A stretch of DNA of 32,000 nucleotides from Nitratidesulfovibrio vulgaris str. Hildenborough (GTDB taxonomy: Bacteria; Desulfobacterota; Desulfovibrionia; Desulfovibrionales; Desulfovibrionaceae). The notes under the pieces were generated by a model, which saw only the letters and a program-made list of their open reading frames with translations, did not search any database and was not told the DNA's origin. Both the position numbers and the translations under genes were made by a program. The stretch is taken from the NCBI RefSeq assembly GCF_000195755.1, contig NC_002937.3, positions 1,260,001-1,292,000 of the forward strand, written 5' to 3'. This document shows positions 1 to 8,137 of the stretch, piece by piece (positions within the stretch are counted from its first letter, which is position 1; every line of letters begins with the position of its first letter).

Positions 1-7
1 AGACACA

Positions 8-337
8 TTGCTATGGGGCGCGTTTTCTTTTTCTTTATTGATGATTTTGGTTCTTTCGATAAGAATGATTCTGTGCATGAATATTTCGTGGATTTGCTAC
101 GGTGATAAGATTGTGTATTGGCGTAAATGGAGCGAGAGATCTTTTAATACATGTGGTTTGGAGGATGTCATAAATTATAGATCATTACCTGGAGTAGGTG
201 GACATTTGTTTTACTTGGTGGATGGGCGCGTGCTTATTTTTTATAATTTGTATGATAATTTAGAAGATATGTGCAATAAGTCGGGAATTGTTGCGTGGCG
301 GAAGAAAAATGAAGGGAATTGGCCCTTTTCAAGTTGA
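8..337 (+). CDS. Hypothetical protein encoded in low-GC DNA. It may continue upstream of the window; internal ATGs lie at 41 and 77.
   Basis: A 330-nt frame stays open in ~37% GC sequence, where stop codons should be frequent. The frame is also open back to base 2. The TGA stop at 335-337 falls exactly at the compositional junction. I recognise no domain. Confidence 0.35.
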   Translation: MLWGAFSFSLLMILVLSIRMILCMNISWICYGDKIVYWRKWSERSFNTCGLEDVINYRSLPGVGGHLFYLVDGRVLIFYNLYDNLEDMCNKSGIVAWRKKNEGNWPFSS

Positions 338-524
338 TGACGAACACCGCCCACACAACACTCAACAACGTGCCGAGAATCTTTCCGGTGGTGGTGCCCA
401 AGGCCATGAACAGGTCCAGATAGGTGCCCAGCCATACAATCCACGACCCGGATGCCAGCCCCAGTAGCGCAGAAAGCAGAAACACCTCGAATCCGATGAC
501 CCCGCCTTCGCTGCGGGCGGTCAT
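234..524 (-). pseudogene. Truncated or chimeric copy A of the small multi-TM membrane protein. The N-terminal 63 codons are conserved, and the C-terminus is replaced by read-through into AT-rich DNA.
   Basis: Codons from 524 down to 335 match copy B (637-826) with only 3 amino-acid differences. Beyond 335 the frame runs into low-GC sequence and gives an unrelated tail (NLKRANSLHFSS...). The ATG at 524-522 overlaps the copy B stop as ATGA. Confidence 0.45.
335..524. repeat. Direct repeat copy 1 (190 bp), paired with 637-826.
   Basis: Hand alignment gives a constant 302-bp offset, no gaps and 8 mismatches in 190 positions. Confidence 0.9.
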
Positions 525-862
525 CTGAATGGACGCCACCGGTCGTGGGCAAGCTCATGCTTGTACCATGAGATGCCGAAGGCGACGAGTGCGAAGACGA
601 TGCGGGCCTCATCACTCACCACGCCATCAAGGAGTGTGATGACGAACACCGCCCACACAACACTCAACATCGTGCCGAGAATCTTTCCGGTGGTGGTGCC
701 AAGGGCCATGAACAGGCCCAGATAGGTGCCCAGCCATACAATCCACGACCCGGATGCCAGCCCCAGTAGCGCAGAAAGCAGAAACACCTCGAACCCGATG
801 AATCCGCCTTCGCTACGGGCGGTCATGGCGACCATGAAAGCCTGTTTGAGACGTTGTGGCAT
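521..862 (-). CDS. Small integral membrane protein of about 113 aa with 3-4 predicted TM helices (copy B, intact). Function unknown.
   Basis: The ORF is 521..937. I prefer the ATG at 862, which is preceded by GGAA and a 5-nt spacer. Hydrophobic stretches include FIGFEVFLLSALLGLASGSWIVWLGTYLGLFMALG, ILGTMLSVVWAVFVITLL and IVFALVAFGISWY. The start is uncertain; 826 and 937 are alternatives. Confidence 0.55.
   Translation of the reverse strand: MPQRLKQAFMVAMTARSEGGFIGFEVFLLSALLGLASGSWIVWLGTYLGLFMALGTTTGKILGTMLSVVWAVFVITLLDGVVSDEARIVFALVAFGISWYKHELAHDRWRPFR
637..826. repeat. Direct repeat copy 2 (190 bp), paired with 335-524.
   Basis: Same alignment as copy 1. Homology starts at TGATGACGAACACC and ends at GGCGGTCAT in both copies. 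Confidence 0.9.
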
Positions 863-976
863 TTCGGTTCCTGCTGTGCCGGATACGGCATGTCGGCATG
901 ACGTGGCAGGTCGGGGCGGGGTGCGATTGCCAGCCACGTCTGCGAAGAATCAAGCTTCAGTGACCTTGCTTATACC

Positions 977-1011
977 GTCATGGCCCGGTGCAGGCAACAC
1001 CGGGCCATGAC
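977..1011. terminator. Perfect 14-bp stem-loop downstream of the chemoreceptor gene; probable transcription terminator or insulator.
   Basis: GTCATGGCCCGGTG, a 7-nt loop, then CACCGGGCCATGAC. The flanking T-tract (TCTTTTG) is on the plus-strand side, and an A-tract precedes the stem on the minus strand, so directionality is ambiguous. Confidence 0.5.
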
Positions 1012-1034
1012 TCTTTTGCATGTATGGCGGATGG

Positions 1035-3449
1035 TTAGCGGCGCATGTCGGTGATGATGCCGTTCAGGGTGCTGATGGTGCCGTGCATATGCTGCACGTT
1101 GCCGGCTGCCTGCCGCATGGCGTTGCGCGTCTCGTCGGCCATGGTACCCATGTCGGCTGCGCTGCGGGCTATCTGTTCCGTAGCCGCGGACTGCTGTTCG
1201 GCCGCGGTGGCGATTTCGGTCACCATACCGCTGGTTGCCCCGGCAAGGTCGACAATGGACTTGAGCGCCTCGTCGGTCCTACCCGCCTGTTCGACGTTGT
1301 TGCGGGTTTCGTCCTCGACGCGCAGGGCAGAGGCGGTGCACCTGCGGGTACCGTCCTGTATGGCGGAGATGGCGTCTGCCACTTCGCGTGTGGCGGATAC
1401 CGTCTTCTCCGCAAGTTTGCGCACCTCGTCGGCGACGACGGAGAATCCCCTGCCCGCCTCGCCCGCACGGGCGGCTTCGATGGCGGCATTGAGGGCCAGC
1501 AGGTTGGTCTGGTCGGCGATGTCGTTGATGATCTTGATGACGTTGCCCACACTGTCGGCCTGCGCGCCCAGTCCGCCAAGTTCACGCCGCATCTCTTCGA
1601 CCAGTTCACGCAGGTTGTTCATGGTGCGGAGCGATTCTGCCACCACCGCAGCACCGTTGTCGGCCTGCTGCTTGGTGTCCTGCGCGTTGTGGGCCGTCCG
1701 GCTTGCATTGTCGGCAATCTCCCTGACCGTGGCGTTGAGTTCCTCGATGGCGACCACCGACTCGGCGATGAACTGGGCCTGACGCTCGCTGCTGCGCCCC
1801 GTCTCGTCGATGTCCGCTGCAAGGGTTCTCATGGTGGCTTCGGCCTCTTCGGAGACTTCGCCAGCCTGACGTGCCGCCGCTTCGATGGTGTCGCGCTGCA
1901 TCTCGACAGCACGTTGCCTGCGATGAAGTTCGGTGACGTCGTTCCAGAAGGTTATGCCGCCGATGATGTCCCCCGAAGCATCGCGGATGGGCATCACGTC
2001 GATGATCATCTCGAATTGTTCCCCTACGGTGCTGGTATACGAGAACGGCACGTTCTTGCGCGGTTTGCCGTCTTCGAGCACGTCATGGAGGAGGGCGCGC
2101 CTGTTGCGGTCGGCGAACAGGAATTCGGAGATGTGCATACCCACGAAATCGGCCATGTCACCCGTGCGGCCCGTTGTGGCAACCATGCTCTGACTGCAGT
2201 TGCGGATGTGCAGGGTGGCGTCCACCACGGCGAAGGGGTTCTGGATGCCCCGGAGGATGCCTTGCATGAAGCCCGTCTCCTCCTGAAGTTCACCGATGAT
2301 GTTGACCGTCATGTCGGAGAGGGTACTTGCCAGTTCGCCTATCTCATCGCTTCTGTCCACGGCTAGCCGCGTATCGAACGAACCGGAGGCGATGGCGCGG
2401 GCGTACGCCACGACCTTGCCGAGAGGCTTGCTGACGATGGCACGGGTGAGCAGGATGAGCACCCCGCCAAGGATGACCAGCAGAAGCCCCCCACCCGCCA
2501 GCAGCATGGTCAGGAAGTCGTCGGCAGATGCCGTGATTTCGTCCACGGGCTGGGCAGAACAGAGAAACCAGCGGTGCGCGATGCTGTCGGAAGGGATGTC
2601 GACCCTGCGGCTCATGTACCGGTACGCCACGCCTGCCGGGTCTGTGGCGATGAAGGAGCCCTTGGCGTCGATGAGCCGTCGTACGTACTCACCGTGGGTG
2701 GAGGCCGCATTCTTGTCGAGAATCATGGCGCGGTCACGGTGTGCGATGAACATCCCCCGGTCGTCCACGAAGAAGAAATGACCCGTCCTGCCTATTGTCG
2801 CGCCCTTGATGTACTTGTCGGTGAAGTAGTCCATGCGTGGTGCGAGGATGATGGTGCCGATGTTGCGCCCTTCATCCATGACCGGGGCGGCGATGACGAA
2901 GATGGGATTGCCCCGCAGCAGGCTGGGGTAGACTTCACTGATGAAGTAGGGGCGACCTTCGCGGGTGGCACGGTTGAAGCTCAGTTGTGCTCCTCCTTTG
3001 CCCAGTGTCTTGCCGTGCACCGTGTCTGTGAAGAACGCGCCGTCCCTGATGACACGCTCCTCACCCCCGACATTGACGGTGAAGGTGCGCCCGTCCGGCA
3101 GGTTCGCAGCCAGCGGAATGTTCTCATAGAACCCGTAGGCATCGTGGAACCCTTGCAGCATCTTCCGGGCCTGCTCGGCCTTTTCGGCGTTCCATGGTTC
3201 ACGACAGGCGGCTATGACGCTCTCGTCGCGCGCCAGAACCTGCGCCAGTTGGGCCTGACTGCCTATCCAGTCCTGTAGCGCCTGTGCGATGTCGCCAAGC
3301 CGTGCCTCGCCGAACGATTCGTTGTAGTCCATCTCGCGGTGAACTTGTGTAGTGTAGGTATACCAGCCGAAAATGCATCCTACGAGAGACAGGACGCAGA
3401 TGACGGAGAATATGTAGCGTACTGCGATATAGCGTTTCAGGATGTTCAT
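1035..3449 (-). CDS. Methyl-accepting chemotaxis protein with a periplasmic Cache-like sensor, TM segment, HAMP, PAS and MA signalling domain.
   Basis: The C-terminus carries the typical MCP hairpin motif ([37 protein letters not shown]). There is an N-terminal TM helix, a second TM segment followed by a HAMP-like region, and a PAS-like segment before the MA domain. I trimmed the start to ATG 3449, which is preceded by AGGAG and an 8-nt spacer. The ORF track extends to 3518. Confidence 0.9.
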   Translation of the reverse strand: MNILKRYIAVRYIFSVICVLSLVGCIFGWYTYTTQVHREMDYNESFGEARLGDIAQALQDWIGSQAQLAQVLARDESVIAACREPWNAEKAEQARKMLQGFHDAYGFYENIPLAANLPDGRTFTVNVGGEERVIRDGAFFTDTVHGKTLGKGGAQLSFNRATREGRPYFISEVYPSLLRGNPIFVIAAPVMDEGRNIGTIILAPRMDYFTDKYIKGATIGRTGHFFFVDDRGMFIAHRDRAMILDKNAASTHGEYVRRLIDAKGSFIATDPAGVAYRYMSRRVDIPSDSIAHRWFLCSAQPVDEITASADDFLTMLLAGGGLLLVILGGVLILLTRAIVSKPLGKVVAYARAIASGSFDTRLAVDRSDEIGELASTLSDMTVNIIGELQEETGFMQGILRGIQNPFAVVDATLHIRNCSQSMVATTGRTGDMADFVGMHISEFLFADRNRRALLHDVLEDGKPRKNVPFSYTSTVGEQFEMIIDVMPIRDASGDIIGGITFWNDVTELHRRQRAVEMQRDTIEAAARQAGEVSEEAEATMRTLAADIDETGRSSERQAQFIAESVVAIEELNATVREIADNASRTAHNAQDTKQQADNGAAVVAESLRTMNNLRELVEEMRRELGGLGAQADSVGNVIKIINDIADQTNLLALNAAIEAARAGEAGRGFSVVADEVRKLAEKTVSATREVADAISAIQDGTRRCTASALRVEDETRNNVEQAGRTDEALKSIVDLAGATSGMVTEIATAAEQQSAATEQIARSAADMGTMADETRNAMRQAAGNVQHMHGTISTLNGIITDMRR

Positions 3450-3700
3450 TGCGGATACTCCTGCGATCAATCGTTGGATGAAAGATGCGAGGGTATGCAA
3501 TGTGAATGGGCGGTGCAATGTCTATGAATGTTCTGGTAGTGCCAGTTTGTGGGGCAGTCGAACTCTGCGTGCCCTTTGGGTAGGCCATGCTGTCATGAAA
3601 AGATATCATAGGGCGATGTGTGCGTGGGATTTCGGTATCGATGTTGTGGCTCACCGTTTCTCTGCGAAGTGACGCGGGAGTCGCGTTGATGCGGTGCAGA

Positions 3701-3737
3701 ACATAAAATAACGCCCACACCTTGCGGCGCGGGCGTT
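3701..3737 (-). terminator. Intrinsic terminator after the 88-aa ORF.
   Basis: On the minus strand, AACGCCCGCGCC and GGTGTGGGCGTT form a stem of about 12 bp including G-U pairs, followed by ATTTTAT. It lies about 25 nt after the stop at 3761. Confidence 0.6.
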
Positions 3738-3760
3738 TCGGAACGGCGTGAGGGCGATGG

Positions 3761-4027
3761 CTACATCACATGACCGAAGGAATGGATGATGTTCTTGCGG
3801 AAGGCTCGGCCATTCCAGACCGTCTCCGCTCCTTCGGCCCTGACTTCTTCGGCGATGATGGCACGCAATTCGTCCATCTGCGTCGCATCTAGGTCGAGGC
3901 GCGAGATATCACCGAGAAGCTCGAGGGGATCGGTCCATTGGACGGGCATGGGCGCTTCCTCGTTGTGGTAGAGAAAGTAGATGACATGCTCACCTTGAAC
4001 CGGAGTCTTGTGCAGGAAATGTTTCAT
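3761..4027 (-). CDS. Hypothetical soluble acidic protein, 88 aa.
   Basis: The ATG at 4027 is preceded by AGGGGA and a 5-nt spacer. Codon composition matches the host, and the gene has its own terminator. I recognise no domain. Confidence 0.6.
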   Translation of the reverse strand: MKHFLHKTPVQGEHVIYFLYHNEEAPMPVQWTDPLELLGDISRLDLDATQMDELRAIIAEEVRAEGAETVWNGRAFRKNIIHSFGHVM

Positions 4028-4146
4028 CGTGTTCCCCTATGCGCGTGGCACGCGCCCTAGCGTTAGCAACCTTTCTTTTTTGCGGTGGGCGTGCAACGGC
4101 CTGAAATCCACCCACCTGCAGCCACGACATGTGTCGTGCTGCCGAC

Positions 4147-4183
4147 CCGAAAAACAAAAAACCTCCCCAACAACGGAGAGGCC
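4147..4183 (-). terminator. Intrinsic terminator at the end of the candidate structured RNA.
   Basis: On the minus strand: CCTCTCC, loop GTTGTT, GGGGAGG, then TTTTTTGTTTTT. Confidence 0.65.
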
Positions 4184-4320
4184 GACGCCGCAAGCCTGGC
4201 CTCATGTTCCCGCGTTCCCGTCGCGGCTGGTTGGCACCGTTGTGCTGGCTGACGGCGTCTCGCCTGCACAGGTTGCCGGGTGGTCATCGGGCCAAGTCCC
4301 TCGCACCCTCGTCATGAGTG
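4150..4320 (-). ncRNA. Candidate ~170-nt structured RNA (riboswitch-like leader or sRNA). Class not recognised.
   Basis: It is bounded by a sigma70-like promoter with an AT-rich upstream element and by an intrinsic terminator. There is no credible ORF. Internal helices can be drawn by hand: GACGCCG with CGGCGTC, AGCC with GGCT, and a CCGCG/CGCGG hairpin. The 5' and 3' ends are estimates. Confidence 0.4.
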
Positions 4321-4325
4321 ACGCA

Positions 4326-4355
4326 GGAATAGCATGGTCGCAGAAAAAACGTCAA
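4326..4355 (-). promoter_or_regulatory. Sigma70-like promoter driving the candidate RNA.
   Basis: On the minus strand: -35 TTGACG (4355-4350), an 18-nt spacer containing TGc (extended -10), and -10 TATTCC (4331-4326). A strongly AT-rich tract (ATATATATTTTATTG) lies upstream. The -10 is a weak match to consensus. Confidence 0.4.
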
Positions 4356-4527
4356 CAATAAAATATATATTGAGATGAAGGGATATAGTTTGTTTTTCAG
4401 TATGTTGAAAATGAAGTTCTGTGGTTCTTTGTAGTACTACTGCTGCCATTGTCCGTTCGCATGGGGCGTGTGGCGCAAAGTGCCCTGATAGGATAGTTCT
4501 TCGTCACGTCAGGAGGCCCGGACTATC

Positions 4528-6111
4528 ATGCGACTTTTCACGCGCGTACAGCATATGGGGGCGGCAGCGCTGCTGCTGGCCGTCAGCATCTTCCTTTCCC
4601 GATTCATGGGCCTTGTGCGCGACAAGGTCATCTCGTGGCATTTCGGGGCGTCAGCCGAGGCCGACATCTATTTCGCAGCCTTCGTCATCCCGGATTTTCT
4701 CAATTATCTTCTGGCAGGGGGCTATTTCTCCATCACCCTCATTCCCCTGCTTGCCGCTGCCTTTGAAAGGGATGCCGACGATGGCTGGCGTTTCTTCTCT
4801 GCCGCCTTCTGGTGGGTCGCCATGGCCATAGGCTCACTCACCGCCGTAGCGTGGTGGTTTGCGCCGCAGCTGGCACATCTGGCGGCACCCGGCTTCAGCG
4901 AGGTGGAATCGGCCCGTCTTGCGCGGTTTCTGCGAATCGTGCTTCCCGCGCAGGCGTGTTTCCTTCCGGGGGCCTGTCTGACGGCCCTGTTGTACCACCG
5001 GAGGCAGTTCACCGTTCCCGCGCTGACCCCCCTTGTCTACAACGGCAGCATCATCGCCGGGGGGCTGCTCATGCTCGACCGTGGCATGGAGGGCTTCTGC
5101 TGGGGGGTTCTCGGCGGTGCGGCGCTGGGCAGTCTGCTGCTGCCGCTGCTTGCCGTGCGGTCGGGTGGGCTGTCGTTGCGCCCGGTGTTGCGGCATCCGC
5201 AATTGCGTCGCTTCGTGCTGCTGGCGCTGCCTCTCATGCTGGGGCAGTCCATCGTGGTGCTGGACGAGCAGTTCGTGCGGGTCTTCGGTTCTATGGCCGG
5301 TGAGGGGGCCGTCAGTCTTCTCAACTATGCCCGACGCATCATGCTCGTGCCCGTTGGTGTAGTGGCGCAGGCGGCGGGCGTGGCGTCGTACCCGTTTCTC
5401 GCTGCGCTGGCCGCGAAAGGCGACGGTGCGGCCTTTGATGAGACCATGCGGACGGCCCTTCGCAATACGCTGGTGGTCATCCTGCCGCTTGCTCTCTGGA
5501 TGGCCGCTGCTGCCGAACCCACACTACGCCTGATCTTTCAGGGCGGTGACTTCGCCACGACCGAGACGCTGGCAGCCACGCCGCTGTTGCAAATCATGTT
5601 GTGCGGCGTGGCCTTCTGGGCGGTGCAGCAGGTTGTCGGCCGGGGATTCTATGCGCGGCAGGATACGGTGACGCCTGCAGTGGTCGGCACTGTCGCCACA
5701 CTGACCACGCTGCCGCTGTACGTCATCGGGGCGAAAAGCCTCGGTGCCACGGGGGTCGCACTCGCCGGGACATGCGGTGTCGTGGTCTACACCGTGTTGC
5801 TCACACTGGTCTGGCGCAGACGTCATGGTGGCGGCGGGCTTGAAGGCAGTCTGGGTGCCGCGTTGCGGTCGCTTGCCGTCTGTGTTCCTGCCATGGCGGG
5901 GGCATGGTTCTGTGCGACGTCACTTCCTGCATGGGCCCGTGCGATAGTGCCGTTGCCGCCTGCTATCGAGGCCCTTGGCGCACTGGGTGTGAGCGGTGGA
6001 GTTTTCGGGGTGGTCTACCTTGCGCTGGCCTGTCGCTTTGCGCCCGATGTGGCCGCGCCTGTCGTGGGACGCGTGCGGGGTGTCCTGAAGCGTCTGACAG
6101 GGCGGGGATGA
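4528..6111 (+). CDS. murJ: Lipid II flippase MurJ (MviN family).
   Basis: A 527-aa polytopic membrane protein with the characteristic N-terminus (LSRFMGLVRDKVISWHFGASAEADIYFAAFVIPDFL) and many TM helices. Confidence 0.88.
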   Translation: MRLFTRVQHMGAAALLLAVSIFLSRFMGLVRDKVISWHFGASAEADIYFAAFVIPDFLNYLLAGGYFSITLIPLLAAAFERDADDGWRFFSAAFWWVAMAIGSLTAVAWWFAPQLAHLAAPGFSEVESARLARFLRIVLPAQACFLPGACLTALLYHRRQFTVPALTPLVYNGSIIAGGLLMLDRGMEGFCWGVLGGAALGSLLLPLLAVRSGGLSLRPVLRHPQLRRFVLLALPLMLGQSIVVLDEQFVRVFGSMAGEGAVSLLNYARRIMLVPVGVVAQAAGVASYPFLAALAAKGDGAAFDETMRTALRNTLVVILPLALWMAAAAEPTLRLIFQGGDFATTETLAATPLLQIMLCGVAFWAVQQVVGRGFYARQDTVTPAVVGTVATLTTLPLYVIGAKSLGATGVALAGTCGVVVYTVLLTLVWRRRHGGGGLEGSLGAALRSLAVCVPAMAGAWFCATSLPAWARAIVPLPPAIEALGALGVSGGVFGVVYLALACRFAPDVAAPVVGRVRGVLKRLTGRG

Positions 6112-6144
6112 AGGCCGTTCGTTATCAGTTCGTCACGAAGCAAG

Positions 6145-6177
6145 AGAGCACCGGATGGACCCGCCACCCGGTGCTCT
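6145..6177 (+). terminator. Probable terminator hairpin after murJ.
   Basis: AGAGCACCGG, a 13-nt loop, CCGGTGCTCT, then TTTG. The stem is 10 bp but the U-tract is weak. Confidence 0.45.
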
Positions 6178-6445
6178 TTGCATCAGAAGCTGAAAAACTG
6201 ATACCGGATGTCTCCCGGACTGTACGTCGCCCAATCCCGACGGGGCGATGTGCAGGTGGGAACGCTGCGCGGCTGCCGGGACGTATCTGCGGCCAGTCCA
6301 CATGGTGCACGGAACGACCGCTGTCCTTCGTCTGTCTATCCCGCCGTGCCCTAGACGCCACCACTGGTGGCAGAGGGGCTTGCGCCAATCGGCGGGAGTG
6401 GCAGGGGGGCGTCCGAGTGCAGATTGGGACTGAACCCTTTCGCGG

Positions 6446-6823
6446 CTACTGTTCCAGTCCGGCATCGCCGTCGTACATGAGCGGCGCGCCTTCCTCTTCC
6501 ATCTCCAGCGTCTCGACCTTGTCTTCCAGCCATTCGAGGATGGCGCGTGCCGAGTGGTAGTTGAGGATGAGCTTCGAGTGGATGTGGCGGGTGATGACCT
6601 TCACGTCTTCGTCGTAGGGTGCCACTTCATGGCCGAAGCTGCCGTCGGGCGCGACGATGCGTTCCGAGAACGGGGGAAGCTTGTCGCTTTCGAGGTAGAA
6701 GTTCATCTCCACCTCGCCCTGCGGGTTGATGCCGCCCCATACGCCGTGCGCGTAACGCAGGCGTGTATCGGGGTCCTGTTCATATTCGTAGCGGATACGG
6801 GTGGGGTATTTGCCCTGACTCAT
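6446..6823 (-). CDS. Conserved hypothetical protein of 125 aa, possibly DUF3467-like.
   Basis: A clean ORF. The stretch RYAHGVWGGINPQGEVEMNFY resembles my memory of the DUF3467 core. The C-terminus is acidic. The family call is not verified. Confidence 0.6.
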   Translation of the reverse strand: MSQGKYPTRIRYEYEQDPDTRLRYAHGVWGGINPQGEVEMNFYLESDKLPPFSERIVAPDGSFGHEVAPYDEDVKVITRHIHSKLILNYHSARAILEWLEDKVETLEMEEEGAPLMYDGDAGLEQ

Positions 6824-6859
6824 GGACGCTCCTTGCGAAAGATGCGCCCCGAAGGGCGC

Positions 6860-7153
6860 TCAAATGCGGTGTTGTATGATGGTGCCCGCCCAGCGTTCGG
6901 GGATGGATATGCCTCCCATCGCAGCAGCCGCCGTCTTCGAGCGCGCCTTGACGATGGCTTGAGCGCGTTGCAGGCGTGCATCCGCCTCAAGGTCGCCGAT
7001 GACGATGGCGGCGTCATCCATGAGCGGGGTATAGGGCGGCGGCAGGTAGGGCGGGTCGTTCCACGGGTCGCTGGTTGCCCGGTAAAGCTCGTATTCGCAG
7101 GGGCCACCGAAGGGGCACGTTTGCGGGGCGAAACGGGAAAAGGCGACCGGCAT
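6860..7153 (-). CDS. Hypothetical 97-aa protein with a proline-rich centre, located upstream in the same small operon.
   Basis: I trimmed the ORF to ATG 7153, which is preceded by GGAGAGAG. A 36-nt gap separates it from the next gene. No domain recognised (CPFGGPCEYE, PPYLPPPYTP). Confidence 0.5.
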   Translation of the reverse strand: MPVAFSRFAPQTCPFGGPCEYELYRATSDPWNDPPYLPPPYTPLMDDAAIVIGDLEADARLQRAQAIVKARSKTAAAAMGGISIPERWAGTIIQHRI

Positions 7154-7478
7154 GGCTCTCTCCATGTTACATGCGGCGGATTTTACGAGACTTGGCAGGT
7201 GAAGTAAAGCAGCCATGGCGGTGCCGTGTCCGTAGCGGGCGCGTGTGCCTTCCCGGTGATTTCCGCAGCCGTCTCCAGCCGGATGAACGCGGACCACGGG
7301 TCACCTGCCGGGGGCGCATCGTCTTGACGGCGACGCCAGCTTCTGCTCAAAGTCTCTGGCGCATGGTGCCTCTGGTCGCTCGTCACCACGAGGATGCCGT
7401 GCCGGGAGGCTTTCGCGTGAAGGTGCTTGCGCCATTGTACGGTGAACCTCCGCATCAATCCCATCATAGGAGCACCCC

Positions 7479-8036
7479 ATGTCCGAACATACATCCGAAG
7501 CCATCTCGATTCAGCCCTATTTCGACATAGAGCTTCTGATGAGCACCTGTCAGGAGACGCGCATCGGTGGCGACGTCATGAAGCGCCTTGCCCAAAGGTG
7601 GGAAGCCTGGCTGCCGTCCCTCAACGTACGCCGCATCGACACCGGTAAAATCCAGTATCTTGCTGTATGGCTCGATGCCAGCGTCGAGGATGAGGTCGAC
7701 AGGGCATGGGAAGAGGCACCTTCCGATGCCTTCATCATCAACGCCCTTGCACAGACCATGTGCATGAGTGTCGTGCACGAAGTCCTTCCTGAAATCGAGG
7801 ATGCGGGCTGTGCCCCGGCACCGAAGCCCACCGAGAAGCTGCGCGCAGCCATGGCTGCCGAGGGAGTGCCCTACAATGAGGTGGGCAATCTCACGCGCCG
7901 GTACGCTGTGGTCACGCACTACCCGTTCAAGGGCGGCTGCGAGATATGCCACCTTCAGAGTGACTGTCCCAAGGGACAGGGGCAGGCAGGAGCACCCTCG
8001 TCGCTGGTGTTGCCGGGGTACGAGCGGGAGAACTAG
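7479..8036 (+). CDS. Hypothetical 185-aa protein with a C-terminal CxxCx5C motif.
   Basis: The ATG at 7479 is preceded by AGGAG. The C-terminus reads THYPFKGGCEICHLQSDCPKG. A clear terminator follows downstream. Confidence 0.65.
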   Translation: MSEHTSEAISIQPYFDIELLMSTCQETRIGGDVMKRLAQRWEAWLPSLNVRRIDTGKIQYLAVWLDASVEDEVDRAWEEAPSDAFIINALAQTMCMSVVHEVLPEIEDAGCAPAPKPTEKLRAAMAAEGVPYNEVGNLTRRYAVVTHYPFKGGCEICHLQSDCPKGQGQAGAPSSLVLPGYEREN

Positions 8037-8108
8037 CCTCTTCGGCGACGGCTTGCGTATCGGCTGAAGCCGTTCAGCAATCCGATTCCAGTTGTAAAGG
8101 GACAACGG

Positions 8109-8137
8109 GCATATGCCATCGGCATGTGCTCGTTTTT
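8109..8137 (+). terminator. Intrinsic terminator for the 7479-8036 gene.
   Basis: GCATATGCC, loop ATC, GGCATGTGC (9 bp with one G-U), followed by TCGTTTTTG. Confidence 0.65.

Noticed and set aside
1020-2366. A 448-aa plus-strand ORF antisense to the chemoreceptor gene, together with similar long antisense ORFs at 21770-24262 (opposite lon), 26845-29592 (opposite leuS), 14775-16289, 20068-20955 and 30555-31712.
   Set aside because: These are typical shadow ORFs of high-GC coding DNA. Their translations are low-complexity and rich in G, A, R, V, H and D with no recognisable domains. The opposite strand carries unmistakable conserved proteins in every case.
3450-3518. N-terminal extensions offered by the ORF track for several genes: MCP to 3518, aor from 9105, the moaD-like gene to 11430, HDOD to 14778, the permease from 17217, acyP to 24831 and holA to 26791.
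   Set aside because: In each case an internal ATG with a good Shine-Dalgarno sequence matches the expected family N-terminus. The extension either overlaps a neighbouring gene or encodes implausible Arg/Pro-rich sequence.
4150-4320. Partial resemblance of the candidate RNA to known riboswitches. GACGAGGGTGCG…ACCCGG…CAGGCGAGACG recalls guanidine-III, CCCGGCAACCTGT recalls the cobalamin B12-box region, and CGGCAACC recalls GEMM-I.
   Set aside because: The matches are short, the spacing and length do not fit the remembered consensus structures, and the downstream gene is not a typical regulon member (no SMR or cobalamin transporter, for example). The element is therefore left unclassified rather than named.
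5904-6560. A 218-aa plus-strand ORF spanning the murJ 3' end, the spacer and the DUF3467-like gene.
   Set aside because: It overlaps two better-supported genes in other frames or strands. Its translation is Cys/Arg/Gly-rich with no domain. It is most likely a chance high-GC ORF.
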